DNA of 60,756 bases, the filler included, from Hausera hauseri (taxonomy: Eukaryota), in NCBI GenBank assembly GCA_046269625.1. It is 12 parts of 12 records of this genome, joined end to end, with 100 filler letters (N's around TTAATTAATTAA, not from the genome) between each part and the next. Parts side by side here need not be neighbours in the genome. Positions count along the whole stretch, not along the records: positions 51,524 to 56,036 come from JBJURY010546897.1; positions 56,137 to 60,756 come from JBJURY010501020.1; 10 more parts are not named here. One strand, 5' to 3'. The notes under the pieces are model-generated. The model made no database searches. It was not told the origin of the DNA and saw only the letters and a list, made by a program, of their open reading frames with translations. A program made the translations under genes and the position numbers. Each line of letters opens with the position of its first letter. The stretch's first letter is position 1. Below, piece after piece: positions 54,720 through 60,756 of the stretch.

Positions 54720-56036
54720 TCCATTTGTTTTTTTCATATGCCCTCAAAATTTTTTCAATGGGTGTTATAATTGAGGTCAGAATTTTGCATGAAAATCCAG
54801 TCAAGGTAAGTAGTTCACAACCTTTAATAATGTATTAAATTAGCGTTTTAATTAGTTGTGCCAAGAAGTAGATGGCTAAAAATCCGGATGCAGCTTGTCC
54901 GAAAATTAAAAATCTTCCCATATTTTGTATAATATTTCTGTAGTAACTCTTTGATAATTGTTAGAACCAAGCAAGGATTCCCATTTCGCCTGATAGCGAA
55001 TATCATCTATCACTTCTGACACAGCTCTGTTCAATTCATTCCTACGCTGACAAGGAAAAGCTAAAAACTGTCTAAAAGCTTCAAATCCCTTTACTCGCGA
55101 TGTCAGTGAATTTATCGTCCGTAATACCTTTTAGCAAATTTGTACCTGTTAATTTACTCGGTGTGGCTGTTATTCCTCCATTTGGCAGACTTACCCCGTC
55201 TGTCTCGCTTCTTTTAAATATAGGTTCTCCTAAACTTGATTTACATTCTTTTAAAATTGTTGATTGCGTTGAGTTTTGCAATAAGACTCTTGTAAGTAGC
55301 ATTGCTAATCGAGGCACATTCTAATATAAGACTGGCAATTCTTGTATACAGCGTTTCTCTTCCACGTTTATGGAAACATCCCGTTTTTCTCACTCGTATG
55401 TTAATAGAACTTCTCTAGTGACTGGCCCGAAAATACCTTCTTTCATTGAAATTACGGGTGAGGCTAGATCGGGATTGGCATATGTTAAGACCATTTTGGT
55501 TCTCATAATTTCTATGTGCAACTTACAGTCATTCGAGATCATTTTGTGGTATAGCTCTGCTATTTCGGTCTATCCCTTATAATAAAAGTAGTCATCTCTA
55601 TTTTTCAAGTAGTCTTATATCTTCACATCCTGCGTTTCCAACGTAAAAGTAGTTATTGCGGCTTCTGATACAAAGAATGCTTCATAGTTGGTGGCGTACA
55701 TCACTACGTTACATCGTAAAAGCATTTGCTTTTTAATAAACTTTAATCCATGTTTGTCCGAAATCAAGATCATTAGTATGGAGTGTTTGGCCACGTCCTT
55801 TCTTGATCTGACATTGGTATCTATTGTATCTACGTATGTTTTTCCCGTAGTTTCGTTAAAACTTATCTTTATTATTTTGATAAAATTATAGTTGTTCGCA
55901 GGAGGTGGCGTCTAAATAATTATCGAATTTCGGAAGATGTAAGCTTTACCTTGAATATGGCACCTCTGATTTTCAGTATATGCTTTCGTGACACTGTGAA
56001 ACATTATTTTTTAATTTCTCATTTTTGTCTCATAAA
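54720..56036 (-). pseudogene. env: Env-like fusion glycoprotein (chuvirus-G / gB-like class III type), C-terminal half with TM region
   Basis: RCNVVMYATNY, DYLKNRDDYFYY, ELYHKMISNDC, ANPD, EGIFGPVTREVLLTYE*, RCIQELPV, LTRVL, SKGI, FLAFP, W-RFLIFGQAASGFLAIYFLAQLIKTLI*YIIKG...GFSCKIL. Order and spacing match chuvirus-like glycoproteins. Confidence 0.8.
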
Positions 56037-56139
56037 NNNNNNNNNNNNNNNNNNNNNNNNNNNNNNNNNNNNNNNNNNNNTTAATTAATTAANNNNNNNN
56101 NNNNNNNNNNNNNNNNNNNNNNNNNNNNNNNNNNNNAAA

Positions 56140-56354
56140 GGTACGCGGTGAATTAAAAAACTTGAAAGAGAAAATAATGGACGAAGTACGAGACTGCCAG
56201 TTTGTGTGTATTATGTAAACAAAGAAAAGTGGATACAGTATTCTTAATATGCAGCCATCTCGTTGTTTGTTAAATGTGTTCCACCAAATTAACCCACCAA
56301 TGGCCTGAATGTAAATGTGATATAATGGAAATTGTACACATTTATTACGAATGA
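56140..56354 (+). pseudogene. IAP-type C-terminal RING finger fragment
   Basis: ELKNLKEKI followed, after a frameshift, by LCVLCKQRKVDTVFLICSHLVVC*MCSTKLTHQWPECKCDIMEIVHIY*, which matches the IAP RING pattern CxxC...VFxxCGHLVxCxxC...CPxC. Confidence 0.7.
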
Positions 56355-57248
56355 ACGGAAACGTGGAGGTAATTTGTACCATTCTGATGAAACAATACTC
56401 ACAACGTAAATATCTCTTGTTTACAATGAAAGCAAACCGGTATGAACAAATTTGATATAGAGATGCAATTTCATTTCACGTTTGTCATCTTAAACAATGT
56501 CTTTGGAAAAAAATTCGGCATGTGACAGTTCCATGAGTCTCAAAAAATCCACGGTACAGCAAATATTCGCTCAGAAATTCCCAGTTATATGATGGATACA
56601 AATTATATTATCTGCGCAACGCTATTCAATTGCCATTAACGCAAAAGGTCAAAATCAAAGCGGTGAAATATGGTCTATTGGTGAAATAGATCAGCGACGA
56701 TGATTTGGATACCAGGGAAAATACAATTACAAAAGTTGACAGTGATCTGGTGTTAAGTAACGATATGCGAGATACTTCGTCGATTTTTTTTCAAAGGAAA
56801 TATGGCGAAAATTGTCAGTTCACATAGCGGAGAAGCAGCAGCAGTTTTGCCACTTGAAGGAGCTAAAGGCTACCTGACACAGAAGCTCAAAGGATACAAT
56901 GAAAGAAGCAGCGTCAAATCTCCAATATGGAAAATGGGGAAGTTTACTATGATTTAACTGACTTTGTGTTTTTGTGATTTTAGTTTTTCTCCGATCAATA
57001 AATAAATGTATTCGTGTTACATATTTTGCTTTCTCGTGCAAGGTTATTGTTTTACTTTTACTTCTGTTTTACTTAATAATAATAGGTTAAGTAAGTAAAC
57101 GAAAACAAAACGCAAAAGACAGTGAACAAAATATGTTATTGAAATATAAAAAAACGATATACATCGAATAATTGTCAATGATTGTCACAGTAACTGAACT
57201 GAACTGATTTGTTTAAACCGAAAGAGCACCGATTGTTTGGACGTGCGT

Positions 57249-59750
57249 TTATTTCAGCTGCCAATGTCCATACGCCCAACTCTTATTTCGCCCCACCCAC
57301 TTTTGCATATCATCGTTACATGACAAAGCGACTTTCGCACTAGTTATTGCGTACAGATGGTGCTCAATTGATCGGATGATAGTTAGAGATATAACACCAA
57401 CTAATTGTCCTCCTGCTGTTGCTGCTTCACATGTGCGACAATAATTACTGTGGCCGCTTTCCGTCTGCTTCAGCTGAACTCCTTTTGCTCGCATTTTCGG
57501 TCCGCAGTCCGTCAGAAGACTGTAGCACTTTCGGCGTTGGAATATCCATTCCGGATAGTAAGCCAGACCCTCACTTTCATCCTTGAAGCAGCCGATTTTG
57601 TTGGTAATCGCGCTGCTGTACAACGGATGATCCGGTAAATAGTTGGACGTGCCAGGTAATCCATCTGACTGTATTTGTTGCAGTAGCTGTTCGCGATTGA
57701 CTTTTTTCAGCCGTAGGAAAAAACTGTCTCTCACCGGCAATTATGCTAATATCACAGCCGTCAAACATTTGCCGGCAACGTGCCAAATTGCGATACTGTA
57801 ACGCATACATCCGCAACTTGCTCCGGTCCAATACCACTTGCCCGATGTAACTTGGCCGGTCCAGAACGACTTCTCTGTTTAACAGCGCCGCAACCAATCC
57901 ATCGGCAATGTGCATTGGCCGCCGAAACTGCGCCTTACTCGTGTACGTGACCAATCGCTTTTCGCTATTGCATAGGCGTACAATGAGCCGCCTTTTGAGA
58001 TTCCCCACTGCTTTTCCGTACATGGAACTGTTTTTCAGCTTGTAATAGTCCTTTTCGAACTTTGTACAAGCTGCGGCTCGTTTCTCCGAATTTCCACTTA
58101 TGTGCGCCTTGAATACAGGAGCCTGAGCAAATCTGATTGCACGATGCAGCTGTGCAACGCTAACACCGACCTACATGTAGAACTGTAGCAGACACCAATG
58201 GACCTCGTAATTCAGCTTCAGTTCATATGTCATGAGCAGTTTCTTCACTTTTTAGCCTGGTAAACATTGGTTAAATAATGCTACCGGTAAATGGTCCAAA
58301 ACTTCATGCAGCTAATTTGGTACCACTAGATCGACCTCCATCTGGTATCCGACTAAGCCTGCCATGCCTGCTCATGATAGGCTAACCATTATGTCGTCCA
58401 GATCTTGTCTGTCAACTACCCATTCGAATGAACCGTACAGCAATGGTTGCAAAAGCGCCCAGCCGTACAGGTTATAAAAATAAATATACAGCAGTGATGT
58501 GGTATCGGTTGCACGGATCCGATGCTCGTTGACAAATGTCATGCCACCTAGAAAACCAATATCAAACAGCCGGTACATTTCCGGGTCCTGCAGCAGCTCA
58601 ATGTCTCGATCCAGTGACATTAGAGCTGACGCCAAACTCCAGGTATGGAATAAAAGTTGAGTGGCTACAGTCTATCTTCAGCCAACGCTTTAGCTCGAAA
58701 TGTCTGAAACACATCGGCTAATAAGTAAACGTCCAGTTTTAGATTTGAAGCATGTACTCCAACATGTTTCTGCAGCCGAGTTCTGTCCAACACCTCTGTG
58801 CTTCCCGGTATTCATCCTCTGTGATACCTGTCTATCGCGGCGGTAATTCCCCTGCTGTCCGGAGACTCTTATATAATATTGTAAAGTCATACGGGAATAT
58901 GCCTTTTCTACGCGCAATGTATGGGTAATTGCTAGAGACCCATTGAAAAACTGCAATGAGTCGAGGAAGCGTACCTGGAACTGGTTTATGCGTGCTGACA
59001 GGGACAGGTATTTCTCAATTGTTTTTGGGATTATTGATAGTTCCCAGTTGGGAAATCCATTAATGGCACATTTCAGTATATAGTGACAATCATAACCTCG
59101 AAAATTGAAAGATCACCGGTAAGAATGGCCGCACACGCTTTGCCAAATTGCATGAATTACATGCTGCTCCGAGGTATCGACCAGTAAAATGATCGTGATC
59201 CGGTACGAGCCGTTCCAGTGCGTCAAACGGTAATATTTTGTGGCGCAGGGAACCTTCATCTGTGACTGCAAACGTCAGGCGTTCATCATCATCTGTCCAC
59301 ATCAAGGGTTTATTGCTCTTTCTACTGTAACAGGGTGCGATTTCAGTTTCCACTATGATTTGCAACTGCTAAAGGAAATCACGTACACAGTTCCAGCAGT
59401 AAAAGGAGCAATACTGCGGCTGACCGACTGCTTTATTGGGACAACCAACATACCAACGGCGAATGGAACGTGTTTTTGATCATACACGTTGTGCAGTGGT
59501 AGAATTGCCTCAAAGTCGACATATACTACATATGTCGCATTGTCCGTTTTCGACCAATCACTGAATAGGAGCTCCTTTTTGCGTGGCGTAACGTACATGG
59601 TTGTTCCCATTGAATTCTGCTTGCACAGCGTCACATGTTTCTCCCATGCTGTTTTTGATCTGAATCAATGCAGACATACAGGACACCATTTGCATCGTAT
59701 TCCCTTTTTGTTCAACAGTCTATTCAGATTTGTCACTGCCACGTAATGAA
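57249..59750 (-). pseudogene. Protein-primed PolB relic, copy D (same subfamily as C)
   Basis: FHYVAVTNLNRL, VYVDFEA, DHDHFTGRYLGAACNSCNL, GGMTFVN, NLYGWAL, YGKAVGN, PSYIGQVVLD, IGCFKDE and SWAYGH. Confidence 0.93.
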
Positions 59751-60555
59751 ATTTGTAATTAAAAAGTTGATTGACTGTACTTATTCATACATTTGTACAT
59801 ATTTTGTTGCGTTTGTTTTCGTGAATCAATATAATTTATTTCTCATGTCTTTGTTGTTGTTGTTGTTACATTTTAGTAAAATACTTGTGCTTTGTTATGG
59901 CATGACTTTTACATGTCCCATTTATCAGAACTCATTCGTTTGTATAAATCCTTCAACAGTCTCCGGAGTCACCTTTACAATCTTGATCGACCTTTACATG
60001 ATGCAGGATACTGTTCTCCCGAGTAGATATTACAGCATGCTGAGAATTGGAGGGCACGGGAACCTTATCTACGACAAATGAAACAGGTTGTTGGTGATAT
60101 GAACATGATATTTGGTCAGATTTTTCGCACATGGCAGAAATTGGCGGATAACTATGCATTGTGTGCCAACAGTCCACGTCAAATGAAGTTTGAGGATAAT
60201 TTTGTCCAAAGCGACCAGACGATGGTAGAATACGTTCCCATGCGGCAATAGGTGGATCAGATTTGTATTAAGCAACATTTCAATGTAACTAATTCCGATG
60301 GACACGTTCATTCGCCTACAGAATTGGTTAACCCATGTGGTTTGTGTACTCCTAACATTCATTTAAAACGATTTAATTGTTGTTGTTGTTGTTTTTGTTT
60401 TTGTTGTACGAAACAAAGGGAAATAAATGTTCGATTCGGACTTGACTTGACAGCATACCTGATTGTTATAGCCAGACAGGTGTGGTCCGACCAAATACTA
60501 GGTTACCCCAAAATTAAAATAATCCTTATAGTCCGATAGGTGGGGAAATGTGGTT

Positions 60556-60707
60556 GTCCAAAACTCGGCCAGTCTAAAATTTTTTCCGACTCTACTCATT
60601 GCGGTGTCTCCGAATATGCAGGTGTCCGAAAATGGGTCAGTCCAAAATCTTTTCCGACTCAACTCATTGCGGTGAGTCCGAATATGCAGGTGTCTGAAAC
60701 TGGGTCA
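60556..60707. repeat. 68-bp tandem repeat (~2.2 copies), GTCCGA-rich
   Basis: CAGTC(T/C)AAAAT...TTCCGACTC.ACTCATTGCGGTG..TCCGAATATGCAGGTGTC at 60570 and 60638. Confidence 0.85.
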
Positions 60708-60756
60708 TTAATAAAAATTAATAATAAAAAGAAAAATTAATAATATAGTAATATAA

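Overview
This window is not contiguous DNA. It is about 12 short contigs (4-9 kb) joined by an artificial 100-nt spacer (44N-TTAATTAATTAA-44N). The contigs come from an AT-rich eukaryote, probably an invertebrate animal, and are almost all decayed mobile DNA. They contain several Ty3/gypsy LTR retrotransposon lineages (including CsRN1-type), a Chapaev3-like and a piggyBac transposase relic, a hAT-type MITE, a hairpin-ended Helitron-like repeat, and five relics of Polinton/adintovirus-type protein-primed PolB genes. Host-derived fragments include GAPDH, a LicD/fukutin-like exon, a mitofusin-like GTPase, an IAP-type RING and a small secreted protein. Three things stand out. (1) A gypsy element carries a chuvirus/gB-like fusion glycoprotein upstream of, and in the same frame as, the protease (env-pol polyprotein; 51524-56036, minus strand). 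(2) A family of gypsy 3' accessory ORFs encodes a catalytically dead DEDDh (REX4/ISG20-like) exonuclease fold, plus a RING finger in the best copy. (3) The pPolB genes appear to stand alone and carry an unfamiliar tandem Cys/His-rich N-terminal module. All family assignments come from manual translation and motif recognition; no database searches were run.
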